A stretch of DNA of 63,807 bases, counting the filler, from Octopus bimaculoides (taxonomy: Eukaryota), in the NCBI RefSeq assembly GCF_001194135.2. It is 6 parts of 6 records of this genome, joined end to end, with 100 filler letters (N's around TTAATTAATTAA, not from the genome) between each part and the next. Parts side by side here need not be neighbours in the genome. Positions count along the whole stretch, not along the records: positions 1 to 12,683 come from NC_068996.1; positions 12,784 to 26,159 come from NC_068984.1; 4 more parts are not named here. The stretch is one strand, 5' to 3'. Under the pieces are notes generated by a model. It was given only the letters and a program-made list of their open reading frames with translations. It made no database searches and was not told the DNA's origin. Shown piece by piece: positions 1 through 14,120 of this stretch; positions within the stretch are counted from its first letter, which is position 1, and each line of letters opens with the position of its first letter. Position numbers and translations under genes: made by a program.

Positions 1-790
<790 letters not shown>

Positions 791-1645
791 TTCATTATAA
801 TTGGAATGGCTCCGGGAGTATCTTTGTGTTTTACACAGTGTAGACCGATGAAATGAATTAGCTGTCAAGTACCAGGATCGATGGTGTCGATTAAGCCTCC
901 TTCCCTTTAAATTGCTTGCCCTAAATAAGAAATCATTGTACATAATGGATAATAAAGGGGGTTTACAAGTGATTTATTGACAGTAGTGTTGCTGTATTCA
1001 GCACCCCTGATCATGCAGGTCTCTGATCAAAATATTAAATCCATGACGAATATGCATTTTAGGAGTACCTAGATTTCTATCAAAATGATTTACGTGAGAT
1101 TTGACCGTTATTTCTATCACATTTGGCGACTATTTAAAGGCCTGACGATATTTAGTAACGCAGTAAAATAACTTTAGTAAAGGTAAAAAAAAAACCCAAA
1201 GTGTTCAGGGATTTGAAATTATACTTTGAAAGATGCAAGTGATTAAATTGCAGAATTTAAAGGTAACACTACGTAAGTTACTGGACGGAATCAAGCTTCT
1301 AATTAAGTGTCGTGCAGTTTAATGGGAAAAGAGAACACTAAATTTTGTTGGAAAAGTGGGTAAGACTGTTGACATTCTGCCATTGCTTAGTCTCGGGGGT
1401 ATGTGTTGATAAGAAAGTTTAAGAAAAAAATTTATTTTGTCCTTTTTTTCAGGAACTGCCGCTAGCATACAATATCATTAACGATGCCATCTTTTCGTTC
1501 TTTTTTATTTAGTCTTCAAAACCATTTCTACCAAATATCAAAGGTCACATCTATTTAGTAATATTATTTATTTATTTATCACCATGCTCCCTTCAACTGC
1601 ACCAGATACAGCTTTATCGTTGTAGTTGCTTTGTTATTGTTTATA

Positions 1646-1726
<81 letters not shown>

Positions 1727-2506
1727 GANNNNNNNNNNNNNNNNNNNNNNNNNNNNNNNNNNNNNNNNNNNNNNNNNNNNNNNNNNNNNNNNNNNNNNNN
1801 NNNNNNNNNNNNNNNNNNNNNNNNNNNNNNNNNNNNNNNNNNNNNNNNNNNNNNNNNNNNNNNNNNNNNNNNNNNNNNNNNNNNNNNNNNNNNNNNNNNN
1901 NNNNNNNNNNNNNNNNNNNNNNNNNNNNNNNNNNNNNNNNNNNNNNNNNNNNNNNNNNNNNNNNNNNNNNNNNNNNNNNNNNNNNNNNNNNNNNNNNNNN
2001 NNNNNNNNNNNNNNNNNNNNNNNNNNNNNNNNNNNNNNNNNNNNNNNNNNNNNNNNNNNNNNNNNNNNNNNNNNNNNNNNNNNNNNNNNNNNNNNNNNNN
2101 NNNNNNNNNNNNNNNNNNNNNNNNNNNNNNNNNNNNNNNNNNNNNNNNNNNNNNNNNNNNNNNNNNNNNNNNNNNNNNNNNNNNNNNNNNNNNNNNNNNN
2201 NNNNNNNNNNNNNNNNNNNNNNNNNNNNNNNNNNNNNNNNNNNNNNNNNNNNNNNNNNNNNNNNNNNNNNNNNNNNNNNNNNNNNNNNNNNNNNNNNNNN
2301 NNNNNNNNNNNNNNNNNNNNNNNNNNNNNNNNNNNNNNNNNNNNNNNNNNNNNNNNNNNNNNNNNNNNNNNNNNNNNNNNNNNNNNNNNNNNNNNNNNNN
2401 NNNNNNNNNNNNNNNNNNNNNNNNNNNNNNNNNNNNGTGTGTCTGTGTATGTGTGTGTATACACACATATGCATGTATATATGTATGGATAAATATGTAT
2501 ACATTT

Positions 2507-2543
<37 letters not shown>

Positions 2544-2632
2544 CGTATATACATACACACATATGTATATATATGTGTGTGTGCATATATATATGCATGT
2601 ATATCTGTATATATATACACACACACACACAC

Positions 2633-2701
<69 letters not shown>

Positions 2702-3563
2702 ACATATACAAACATACATCTATCCATGCATACGTCTAACATTTTCTTTTACAGCGGAAGAAAGGAATGCCAATTTGTGATTGTTGTTCTTATTATGCCC
2801 TTTAAACGTTGTAGCGCGAGTAGAAACTAGTAGAAATACTCCAACATTGCTCGGGTGCCGAAATGATGATGACAATGACGACGACAACGACGACGACGAT
2901 GATGATGATGATGATGATGACAATGATGATGATGATGAAGATGATGATGATGATGGTGACGACGACGATGATGATGATGATATTGATGATGATGATGATG
3001 AACATCATCGTCATCGTCGTCGTCAGCAACTTTTTATGCTGTTTTGTTTTTATTATTTTACTAGTTGCAGTCATTGGCCTACTCTAAGAATTTTAGACGA
3101 AAGCCTGGCACTTGTGATTTGTGCACACACGCTAGGTTATGAGAACGTAAACAAACCAACAACAGCTATCAAGCAGTAGCATGGGGACAAACACGAAGTT
3201 TTGTGGATGCATATAAATACACATATGCATACNNNNNNNNNNNNNNNNNNNNNNNNNNNNNNNNNNNNNNNNNNNNNNNNNNNNNNNNNNNNNNNNNNNN
3301 NNNNNNNNNNNNNNNNNNNNNNNNNNNNNNNNNNNNNNNNNNNNNNNNNNNNNNNNNNNNNNNNNNNNNNNNNNNNNNNNNNNNNNNNNNNNNNNNNNNN
3401 NNNNNNNNNNNNNNNNNNNNNNNNNNNNNNNNNNNNNNNNNNNNNNNNNNNNNNNNNNNNNNNNNNNNNNNNNNNNNNNNNNNNNNNNNNNNNNNNNNNN
3501 NNNNNNNNNNNNNNNNNNNNNNNNNNNNNNNNNNNNNNNNNNNNNNNNNNNNNNNNNNNNNNN

Positions 3564-3600
<37 letters not shown>

Positions 3601-3601
<1 letters not shown>

Positions 3602-3752
3602 GACGAGCTTCTTTCAGTTTCCGTTTAGCAAATCCACTGACAAGGCTTTGGTCGACCCGAGGCTATAGTAAAAGACACTTGCCCTAGGTACCACGCAGTG
3701 GGTCTGAACCTGGAACCATGCTGTTGTTAAGTAAGCTACTTACCACACAGTC
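3601..3752 (-). mobile_element. tRNA-derived SINE, family A, head portion
   Basis: gacgagcttctttcagtttccg...acttgccctaggtaccacgcagtgggtctgaacc...cttaccacacag matches the copies at 6677, 22995, 29455 and 40657. Confidence 0.8.
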
Positions 3753-4243
3753 ACTCATGCACCTATATATCATATATCATATTATATTATATATATATCT
3801 ATATATACATACTCGTTTTGTATCTATCCATTCATCCATCAATCCATGCATCCATCCATACATACATTTTCCATCCATTTATCCATACATGCATGCATAC
3901 CTCCATCTGTACATACATATATACACACATACATTCGAAGGGTTTCTTTGAATTTCTTCCTACCAAATCCACTTACAAAGATTTAGTTATAGTAGAAGAC
4001 ACCTGCACAACTTGGAACGACGAGATTGGGAACCAAACTTCTTACCTCAAAACCACGCCCGTGGCTCTGTAATTATAGTAATTATATTTTCATATATTTA
4101 TAGTGAAATACAGTTATATGTTGCTAGTTGAGTTTTTCAGGTTTTAATGACGTGTGAAGCTTTTAAACTGTTTCTATCGATAACTTCAATTTTGTTATTA
4201 AATAAATCCAATTTTTACATTTTACATTATATATTTCTTGTAG

Positions 4244-4271
4244 TCCTAACTTGGTATGCAATACAAAAAAT
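4244..4271 (+). CDS. Candidate 28-nt micro-exon (unassigned)
   Basis: Acceptor tttttacattttacattatatatttcttgtag and donor AAT|gtaagt; open as xLTWYAIQK (phase 1 to 2). No recognisable homology. Confidence 0.2.
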
Positions 4272-6149
4272 GTAAGTCTAATGGAAATTCGTTTTATTCA
4301 ATAAGAACTCTAGGGGAGTCAGCATTAGTTGTTCTAGATTCGGGACTCTGCTGAAAAAGATGTTTGCTTAGCCCAGCACGTGAGCATGCAACATGAGAAA
4401 ATATAGACTTTACAGTTTGACGCCAGCAACGTTGAGGGGCTGTCTATGATGCTTGGTGGTCATAAATAAAGAGTATCACTTGAAACTGAAAGCGTTTGAA
4501 ATGTAATAGTGTATATGATGGGATGCGTGGAATGAAAACATCTCCGTTGAAACAACCAGTGATAATACTGTCTTTGATCATATTGAGCATAAAAGTTTCG
4601 ACGACTTATCTTGTACTGTTGCAGAGTTTGGCGCATCCAAATACAACGTGAAAATTCCCACAGAACTTTTGCATTCTGAGCATATCCATAACAAAATCAT
4701 ATTCAGTATTGAGAGGTAGATCAGAGGAAGATGTAGGAACCCCGAATGCAGCAGATACTAAAAGACCCTATGAAAATTTCCTAAGGATGTGTTATAACAT
4801 CAAGAACAATAACATATCAAGCAAAGAATTTCACAAAATTACCACCAGTAGAAAATGTTGCGTTGCTAAAGCTGCACCCACTATAAAAATAAAATGCAGC
4901 AGCACAAAACAAAACCAACAGTGACGCCACTGCTCTAATAAGAAGTAGAAATGATAGTAATAACAATATTAACAGCAGCTATATCATGGCACCTTTTAGG
5001 CCAAACAGAATAGAAAATCATTTTGTATATATGATTATCGACAGAAATACACATAGGGTATATCGTTAGATCAAGCTGAACAGAGTTCAAGAAATATTCG
5101 TTCCAACATATATTTTGTGAGATACATCCGAATTATTTCCCACTCGGTAAACCAAGTCCAGAAGTACACCGCATCCCCACAAAGAACTGAAGATTTTACA
5201 ATAATACCGATTTATCTGGGACGGAGATGGACCCTACAAAACATCTCGAACATATCAATAAAATTAATCTTCCTTTTGGTCGTGAAATTAATAATTTTGT
5301 AAGCCTTTACCAAGCTACTACAAATAGAAGATTTTTGAAAGAACATCCTTTTCACTGGTTGGGATACTTTTTTGTTGATCTCACTTATAACAGANNNNNN
5401 NNNNNNNNNNNNNNNNNNNNNNNNNNNNNNNNNNNNNNNNNNNNNNNNNNNNNNNNNNNNNNNNNNNNNNNNNNNNNNNNNNNNNNNNNNNNNNNNNNNN
5501 NNNNNNNNNNNNNNNNNNNNNNNNNNNNNNNNNNNNNNNNNNNNNNNNNNNNNNNNNNNNNNNNNNNNNNNNGTGGAGAAGAAGAAGAAGAAGAAGAAGA
5601 AGAAGAAGAAGAAGAAGAAGAAGAAGAAGAAGAAGAAGAAGAAGAAGAAGAAGAAGCCATTTATTGCTACCAAATTACATGAGAGCATCTTCTAAACATG
5701 TGACATTGCCACTCAGTTACAAACAAGTTAAAGAATTATCATCGCATTTGCCCTGTTTCGGAATTTTATCTTACAAGTTGTGTGAGAAAAACCGCAAGGA
5801 GCAGATACATATTTAGCAGCAGTATCATAAGACGAGTCTATCAATTGTTAATAATACTCTTTTAATCCTAAGCAAAAGAAGTAATCGCGCCAAAGTATTA
5901 CTTTTACTGCAAACTAGTTATTGTAGAAAAGTCAATGACAAAAACTGTAGAAAGAATTATTACCTTGTATACTTAAACCTTCGTAAGACAACACAAACTG
6001 CTACATGCATTTATTTGCACATAGAAAAATATGTACGTACGCATACAGCCACATATATATATATACCTACATGCATATGTACAGATATATTTGTATATGC
6101 ATGTATGTACATATTCACATGCATATTATATATAAATACAGACATGGGT

Positions 6150-6664
6150 CTCGTGTGTTAAAATTAACACTCAGTGAAACATTAGCGACATTCTGGAAAT
6201 GGAACTGCTTCCATGGGCAAATAACCACTTTCAAGACGCACTTTGGAGCTTCCAACAGGACTTTGGAGCTTCCAACAGACACAACACTAGATTTAGAAAT
6301 ACATTCCGTCTTTCAAAGGCAAAGATGTATGGCACTCAAAAGTCCTTATCTCCATCCGTTGAATTTTTCTGTTTGGTCCAGTTTGGAGACTAGGGTCCCG
6401 AGCACTCCTCATGCTTTGCCCGAAGATTTGAAGGCAAAAAATGTACCACGAATAGGCTTCGATTCTGTAAAAGCAGTTGTGTGCCGTGTGTGAAGCATTT
6501 GTACCGAGAATTAATGGTGTGACTTGTTTATATCGAATAAATATGGTAATGTCATAATTGTGTTTACTTTATCATTGCATTGCAGCACTCTGACCTCAAA
6601 TATAACAATATTTTGCTTTGGCAGAATTGATAACAGTTGGTTGCCTTAATTTTGGGACACACTC
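6150..6664 (+). mobile_element. Tc1/mariner-superfamily (DD37D/maT-like) transposase 3' remnant with probable right TIR
   Basis: Frameshifted ELLPWANNHFQDALWSFQQD...SPYLHPLNFSVWSSLETRVPSTPH..EDLKAK resembles the FQQD...SPDLNPLDYSVW catalytic region. It ends ttttgggacacactc followed by TA. Confidence 0.7.
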
Positions 6665-6676
6665 TATATATATATG

Positions 6677-6870
6677 GTAAGAAGTATGCTATGTGGTAAG
6701 AAGTATGCTTCTCAGAAGTTTGTTTCCGGGTTCAGTCCCACTGTGTGGCACCTTGAGAAAGTGTCTTCTACTATTGTCACGGGCCGACCAAAGCCTTGTG
6801 AGTGGATTTGCTAGATGGAAACTGAAAGAAGTCTGTCGCAAATATCTATGTGTGTGTGTGTGTGTGTGTC
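6677..6870 (+). mobile_element. tRNA-derived SINE, family A, head plus (TG)n
   Basis: gggttcagtcccactgtgtggcaccttgagaaagtgtcttctact...ggaaactgaaagaag; B-box-like GGTTCAGTCC. Confidence 0.8.
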
Positions 6871-6899
6871 TTTCGACTAAAATTCCTCAAGGCGGTGCT

Positions 6900-8330
6900 C
6901 CTGCATGGCAGCTGACCTCTCTGATAGTTCTCACTTTTCTTGTCTGTCGCAAACAACGCTATCCAGTTTGTTACGCGTTTATTTGGCAGAACTTTTGATG
7001 GCAATGTTCCACTGATGTTTGTATATGTATTCAATGACAGGGATTTCTCTATAATTTTACCAGGGCAGTCTTTCTTCGTTCTTTTTTTCGGATTGCTTTG
7101 TATATTGTTTTAGCAGAAATATTGTGTCGCACTGGTAGTGCCTTGATGACATCTTGGGTCGACTGCTAATGGCACGTGCGATGCCTTCCATAGAGATATT
7201 GCAAAATCTATATTTTCAGTTGCATCTTGTGGCTTCAAGAGTTTCGCTGTTTCTTTTTGTCTGGAGGGTATTTTGCATCACTCTCCTTTTCTTGGATTGC
7301 AAATGCAAATCCATCGATGTGTGATGAAAGGTCGCGATCACGAGTCCAAAAGAGGACGCACTTCATGTCACTGCTACATTCGTTTGCATGTTTTCGTGAA
7401 ACATGCCCATGCGTGGTCTTTTTTGGTAAGCTGAGCTTTTCCCATCCAGGTCTTCTTTGAGGTATGTTAGTCCGGCTGTTTGGGGATTGCTCGAGAAGTC
7501 GTCAGGAAGACATGACATTCTGTTCAGCTCCAAGTATTTATTTTTGCTGCTGTTGTTTAATGGGTTCTGTCTGAGAGAAACCATGAGACATTGAAAAGCT
7601 TTCTGTTCTGATTTCAAGTTCGTCTTCCTTCATCTCAGAGTCTGTGGGTATCACTGTTCATGAGGAATTTTCCATTTTTATGTCAGATTCTGGCGGCTTT
7701 TAATATCTATGGAGGAGATTTCCTTCGAAGAACAGTCAAGTATCTTAAATGCTGGAATCAGCTCTAGTACTGCAAATATATTGTGGAATATTGTCTTGTT
7801 GCAAGAGAAGCGTTCAGACTGCTGTAGTTTTCTAAATCAGGTATAATATTTTCAGATCACTCTACCTTTATTCACAGTACCTTCGTGAATGTTTTCATTA
7901 ATACCTAGGTATTTGTAGCATTCTAAAAACAAAAACGATAAAGAAACTGTTGATGGAGACTTTTCTCTTTCCTTTTTTTTTCTATTTTCCACGCTTAACA
8001 AATATGAACATTACTATGCCATCAGGAAAAGTTATTACCTCCAGCTGTGATTTTTTTCCGAGCCTTAGTAACATTTTAATATAAATCTTGGGAAATTGAG
8101 GGTTACACCGATATCTCTAGCAGTTGTAGATCGTAGCATATAGACACTGGACTTTTTTTCTATTAAAAGCAATTGATTTAGTGCTAAAATCACCAGATAT
8201 GCAGGAAAAAATATCTCCTTGGAATATTCCCTTTGAAATAGATATAACCTCAGAGACGATCGTTCCGCTTTCAAGTTATAAGAGTGAGGATAGTTGCTCA
8301 GGTGTAAGTAATTCTCTTAATGGCAACTGC
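6900..8330 (-). mobile_element. Old, heavily decayed R4/Dong-like LINE (RT to thumb region)
   Basis: Minus-strand remnants SEVISISKGIFQGD (about 8200-8260) and AFKILDCSSKEISSIDIKSRQNL (about 7690-7760) align by eye with the R4-type RT and post-RT region; many stops and frameshifts. Confidence 0.6.
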
Positions 8331-8593
8331 AAAGATAGTAGGTATTTTAGCCAAGTGTAGAAATTCCGGCAGTCATGAGCATGGGCATGTCTGTATGCGT
8401 GCGTGTATGTATGTATATATATCTATGTGTATCTATATATATATATATATAAGTATGTATGTATGTATGCATGTATGACGTTTTCACCTCCTTAGAGTGT
8501 GTTGCCTCTTTTATTTTCTCTGAGATCTTTAGCTATAATCGCCATTAACGCAAATATGCTATATACGATATAGTTGTGATGATAGTGACGAAG

Positions 8594-8701
8594 GCTAAAG
8601 TCCCCAGAGATCAGCAACAATAAGTTAGAGCTAAAGTCCCCAGAGATCAGCAACAATAAGTTAGAGCTAAAGTCTCCAGAGATCAGCAACAATAAGTTGG
8701 A
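8594..8701. repeat. 36-bp tandem repeat, 3 copies
   Basis: Unit gctaaagtccccagagatcagcaacaataagttaga at 8594, 8630 and 8666; the third copy has 2 substitutions. Confidence 0.95.
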
Positions 8702-9073
8702 GACTATAATCTTTTACAGGACAAACATAAAAAACACTTTTGTGTATGTTTTTGTTCGCGTGTGCGCTCGCGCTTGCGTAAGGATTTAAAATAAATTTTA
8801 AAATATGAATGTATATAAGCACGTATATATGTATATGCATATGATTTAGTTACATTTCAACAGCTCTGATTCTGATTTTACGTTTTATTGTTGCTGTCAT
8901 TGTTGACACTGTTTTTGTTTTCGCACAGTATCATTTCTTCCGTCTTTCTATTATTTCCTGCGGGAATTTTTTCACCGGCCTCTTTCATTCACATTTTTTA
9001 TTATTCCAAAATATCTTTACTTCATTCATTATTCCGGTTTCTCAAGAAAAGTTAGTAAAGTCCTATAGATATG

Positions 9074-9484
<411 letters not shown>

Positions 9485-9486
9485 TA

Positions 9487-9690
9487 AGGCGGTGCCGTTA
9501 GCACGTTGGTCGAAATGCTTAGCGGTATTTTATCCGTCCCTAAGTTCTGAGTTCACATACGACCATGATCGACTTTGCCTTTCATCCTTTCGTGGTCGAA
9601 AAATTAAGTACTAATGAAACACTGGTGTCGTTGTAAGCGACTTTCCCCTCCCACCAAATGTTAGGCATTATGTTTTAGTAGAAAGGATTA
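9487..9690 (+). mobile_element. tRNA-derived SINE, family B
   Basis: aaggcggtgccgttagcacg...gaaatgcttagcggtatt...gactttgcctttcatcctttcg; same family as 18975, 24575, 47630 and 51400. Confidence 0.8.
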
Positions 9691-11033
9691 TAATAATAAT
9701 AATAATTATTATTATATTTATAGGATTTAGGATACTCCACAAGAAAGTATAGATACAAAAAAAGTGTGCCATTGAAGTAGATTGATAAGCTATTTTTTAA
9801 CCTGTGGAAGACACACGAGATGTCGAAATATCGTTCACTTGATAACAATGCACTCTTCTTTTTTTTTTTTTTTGCTTCTATACATTCTGGAGGAGTAACC
9901 TCAATCCTATAAATATTACCAAAAGGAAGTAGATTGACAAGTTTATTTTTCGAACCTGTAGAAGATGGGTATGCTGCCCTAAAAGATAAACGCAAATTAT
10001 AGTATATAATTTATGATGTTTATATATATGCATGTGTGCGTATGTGTGTGTGTGTGTGTTAATCAGTTTAATTTCCTCAATTTTTTATAAATTAAAAAAA
10101 AATATTTAATTTACCTTATTTTAAAAATTTTCTTCAATTTTTGATTTTTAACATTTTAATTTTTAATCCTTAATTCTTATATCTTAATCTTTTTAAATCC
10201 TTTTACTTTAATTTAATTTAAAATTATATTTGGCATTCAATTTTCTATTGTTTAAAAAATATTTTATTCCATTTTATTTCTATTTTTAACTTCACGTTTT
10301 CCCTCTATTTTTATTTAATATTCACTCTTATTGAAGTTTTCTCTACCTTCCAGTCATAATATAGTTACTACTGACTTTTCATGCATTCATTCATACTGCT
10401 GATATTTCATTCAGTCATTTTTACAACTGCTTGATGTAAAGCTGTTTACCAGAAAGCCCTCGATATTGCAAACACTTTACAAACATTTCGTTGACTATAG
10501 AGGTATCTAAATGTGCGTGCTGATACACATTGAATTGTGCTGAAAAATAATGTAACCGTTATTGCTAAAATGCTTCAGATATTATATATATTCGGAGGTA
10601 GTATATTTTATTATTATTTGTTTTTTCGTTTAACGCAAAACCCCTATTAATTTCGTTTCGGCTTTCCAGTAATAATTTTGATTTGCCTCTAGTGTTACTT
10701 AAGGCAACAATGTGATTAATTTGTCTTTTACGTACAATCCACTTAAGAGTTATGTATGCGAAATATTTGGTACGATGTATGAATATCCATTATATGTTTG
10801 TTATAATGTCTGGTAACTGTAATTCATGTCATTTTCTAATATGTTGTCTAGGGAATGCTTATAATGCGGGTGTAACCTGTATTAAACATTTGTATATCGA
10901 AGGCTTGCAACATTGGTTTCACTGTAAGAGAAAAGATTATTTACCAGGCATGAAATTTCTTAATCACTAGCCATTATTTACTCCAAATTATTCGCATATA
11001 ATCTTTCGTGATTCAGTGTATTTTTTACTCCAG

Positions 11034-11133
11034 GCTAAAGTATCTAACGCATTCGATTGGCTTCCCTGTCAGACATATGTATATACAATTATATGTGATG
11101 CCTTGCCGACAATGTAATCTTCGTATGACCAAG
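11034..11133 (+). CDS. Candidate internal exon (unassigned)
   Basis: Acceptor ttttttactccag and donor AAG|gtatgt; one frame fully open (LKYLTHSIGFPVRHMYIQLYVMPCRQCNLRMTK, phase 2 to 0). No recognisable homology. Confidence 0.3.
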
Positions 11134-11197
11134 GTATGTCTGCCCTGATGACTAGCCAGCGGTGTTACACTCGCCGAGCAATCACTCCATCCGAAGT

Positions 11198-11228
<31 letters not shown>

Positions 11229-12484
11229 NNNNNNNNNNNNNNNNNNNNNNNNNNNNNNNNNNNNNNNNNNNNNNNNNNNNNNNNNNNNNNNNNNNNNNNN
11301 NNNNNNNNNNNNNNNNNNNNNNNNNNNNNNNNNNNNNNNNNNNNNNNNNNNNNNNNNNNNNNNNNNNNNNNNNNNNNNNNNNNNNNNNNNNNNNNNNNNN
11401 NNNNNNNNNNNNNNNNNNNNNNNNNNNNNNNNNNNNNNNNNNNNNNNNNNNNNNNNNNNNNNNNNNNNNNNNNNNNNNNNNNNNNNNNNNNNNNNNNNNN
11501 NNNNNNNNNNNNNNNNNNNNNNNNNNNNNNNNNNNNNNNNNNNNNNNNNNNNNNNNNNNNNNNNNNNNNNNNNNNNNNNNNNNNNNNNNNNNNNNNNNNN
11601 NNNNNNNNNNNNNNNNNNNNNNNNNNNNNNNNNNNNNNNNNNNNNNNNNNNNNNNNNNNNNNNNNNNNNNNNNNNNNNNNNNNNNNNNNNNNNNNNNNNN
11701 NNNNNNNNNNNNNNNNNNNNNNNNNNNNNNNNNNNNNNNNNNNNNNNNNNNNNNNNNNNNNNNNNNNNNNNNNNNNNNNNNNNNNNNNNNNNNNNNNNNN
11801 NNNNNNNNNNNNNNNNNNNNNNNNNNNNNNNNNNNNNNNNNNNNNNNNNNNNNNNNNNNNNNNNNNNNNNNNNNNNNNNNNNNNNNNNNNNNNNNNNNNN
11901 NNNNNNNNNNNNCACACACGCACAAAAAAAGTTCATACACATGTCTATATACGCACATGCACAAGAAAAAACAGGGCTAAATGCAAAACAGAAAAATGTG
12001 TGAAAAAAGTGTAAAAAAATTAGCAATAAGAGTAAAACACATCTATATACGCACATACCGGCACACACACACACTTCCACACGCGCTCACAAAAAATTCC
12101 ATAAACACAGGAAAGATGCAGGGTGGAAGATAAAATACAGAAAAATTATGTGTAAAAAAATATATGTGTAAAAAATATATGTGTAAAAAAATTATGTGTA
12201 AAAACATATATGAGTAATAGAGCTATGAACATGTGTGTGTTTCAAGTGAAGGTGATGAGTATATAATTATAGGCGCATGTACGCCGGTGTGCGGCCGCGC
12301 ATGTGTATGTATGGACATGCGCGCTTACGCGATTACTATGAACATTTCTATTCCCTTACCTTTGCTCCCTCCCCTTTGTTAGCGGTCATTCTAATAGCTC
12401 TTTTGTCTTAATAACGGTCAATTACACAGTGATTTTCCTTTGTTTTAACTGTCATTTTCATAGCATCTTTTTTTCGATGGCTCA

Positions 12485-12543
12485 GTAACTGAAGAGATGC
12501 CGGCGTGGGTTTTCACTCCGACATCCGAAACACGGTGTTTTAT
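12485..12543 (+). ncRNA. Decayed type-I hammerhead ribozyme motif (PLE pseudo-LTR type)
   Basis: GTAA CTGAAGA [GATGCCGGCGTG GGTTTT CACTCCGACATCC] GAAA CA CGG TG T T TTAT: intact core boxes, long interrupted stem II, 3-bp stem III, GUU triplet, 4-bp stem I. Confidence 0.55.
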
Positions 12544-12683
12544 CATGGCTACCGAATAATTATCACGTATTATATTTACAGATAAATTCCTCTATTTACA
12601 TAATATCGAGATCCCTTTCATTCTTTTGTTGTATTGCCATTTCTATCAATATATATATATATACATGCATACATACATATATA

Positions 12684-12783
12684 NNNNNNNNNNNNNNNNN
12701 NNNNNNNNNNNNNNNNNNNNNNNNNNNTTAATTAATTAANNNNNNNNNNNNNNNNNNNNNNNNNNNNNNNNNNNNNNNNNNNN
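12684..12783. other. Scaffolding spacer: 44 N + TTAATTAATTAA + 44 N (assembly artefact)
   Basis: The same six-frame-stop linker inside an N run occurs at 12728, 26204, 35733, 46787 and 58607. Confidence 0.95.
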
Positions 12784-12828
<45 letters not shown>

Positions 12829-13500
12829 CTGGGTTAGCTAAAGCTGATTGCAATTTTCAAGCTACTACGTATATCGTCCTGTTACAATGTTACAAATGTT
12901 GAACAATTATGTATATATAAAATGTTAATTACATGGAATATTTATAATTTTCTGTTCGAGCTTACTATGTTTTTCAGTACAGCCATGGTTTTCAAAGTAA
13001 TCCGTTCAGTTTAAGAATCCTAATGCGTTTCACTAACTATTGTATAAGGAGAGAAGCTAAAAAAGATTAACAGAAATTTATGAAAACTTAAAGTAGCACA
13101 TTATAAAATATTTATGTGTGTGTGGTGTGTATACATACATACATACATACATACATACATACATACATACATGCATACATACATACATATATGCATGTAT
13201 ATATATGTATATATATGTATATGTTTATATGAATATGTTTATGTATACATTTATATGTAGATGTATCCGTATATATGTATGTGTATATATATATATATGT
13301 GTGTGTATGTGTGTGTGTGAAGGTAGATGTATATGTATATATACATTATTGTTATGGTTCTTGGTATTTTTAAACTTCGAAGTCACTGTCACCATTCTCC
13401 TTGTAAAAACTTAAACATGTGGTATACAGAGCAAATAATACAGTTTAATGTTAAATTGCTTTTATTTATAATTGACATAAAACAACGTGTGTGTGTGTGT

Positions 13501-13548
<48 letters not shown>

Positions 13549-13584
13549 TTTAGGAANNNNNNNNNNCAACGTGTGTGTGTGTGT

Positions 13585-13632
<48 letters not shown>

Positions 13633-13789
13633 TTTAGGAAATTTACTCCGTAAAATCATTTGACATATTCAATGAGCACAGTTAATGCCGCGTAAGAAAT
13701 TCGCTTCTTTAATACACTCAGATCGTCCCAAACTTACTGATGAAATAACACCGACGGAAATTGTATGAAAACTCAATGGATTGTATTTT

Positions 13790-14120
13790 TATTTCGGTGG
13801 CAAGTCCTGGCTTGGCTCTCCGTCGGTTGTGACGACGAGTGTTCCTGTTGCATTCGATCAACCGAAATTAACGTGTAAGAGGCTAGGCACTCCACAGACA
13901 CGCTTACTTTTAACGTAGTTCTCAGAGAGGTTCGACATGACAGTTTGTGACAAGGCTGGCCTTTTGAATAACACGTATAACTCGTTTTTTTGCCAGTAGA
14001 GTGAACTAGAGCAACGTGAAATAAAGTGTCTTGGTCAAGGGTACAGTGCACCGGGAATCGAACTCACGACCTTACGATCGTAAGTCGAATATCCTAGCCA
14101 CTAAGCCACGTGCCTTCACA
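13790..14120 (-). mobile_element. tRNA-derived SINE, family D
   Basis: The minus strand starts tgtgaaggcacgTGGCTTAGTGGctagg...gaGTTCGATTCCcgg (A and B boxes), then cccttgaccaagacactt. The body matches 20790-20970 and the head matches 25030. Confidence 0.8.

Noticed and set aside
2755-2780. Possible terminal exon ttttcttttacag|CG GAA GAA AGG AAT GCC AAT TTG TGA
   Set aside because: Only 8 codons, between microsatellites, with no upstream partner and no homology.
13484-13640. Direct duplication of about 73 bp, caacg(TG)n...gatttaggaa
   Set aside because: The two copies flank a 10-N gap; this is the signature of unmerged overlapping contig ends.
13737-13765. CTGATGA...GAAA hammerhead-like spacing
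   Set aside because: No stem II pairing and no valid stem I or III.
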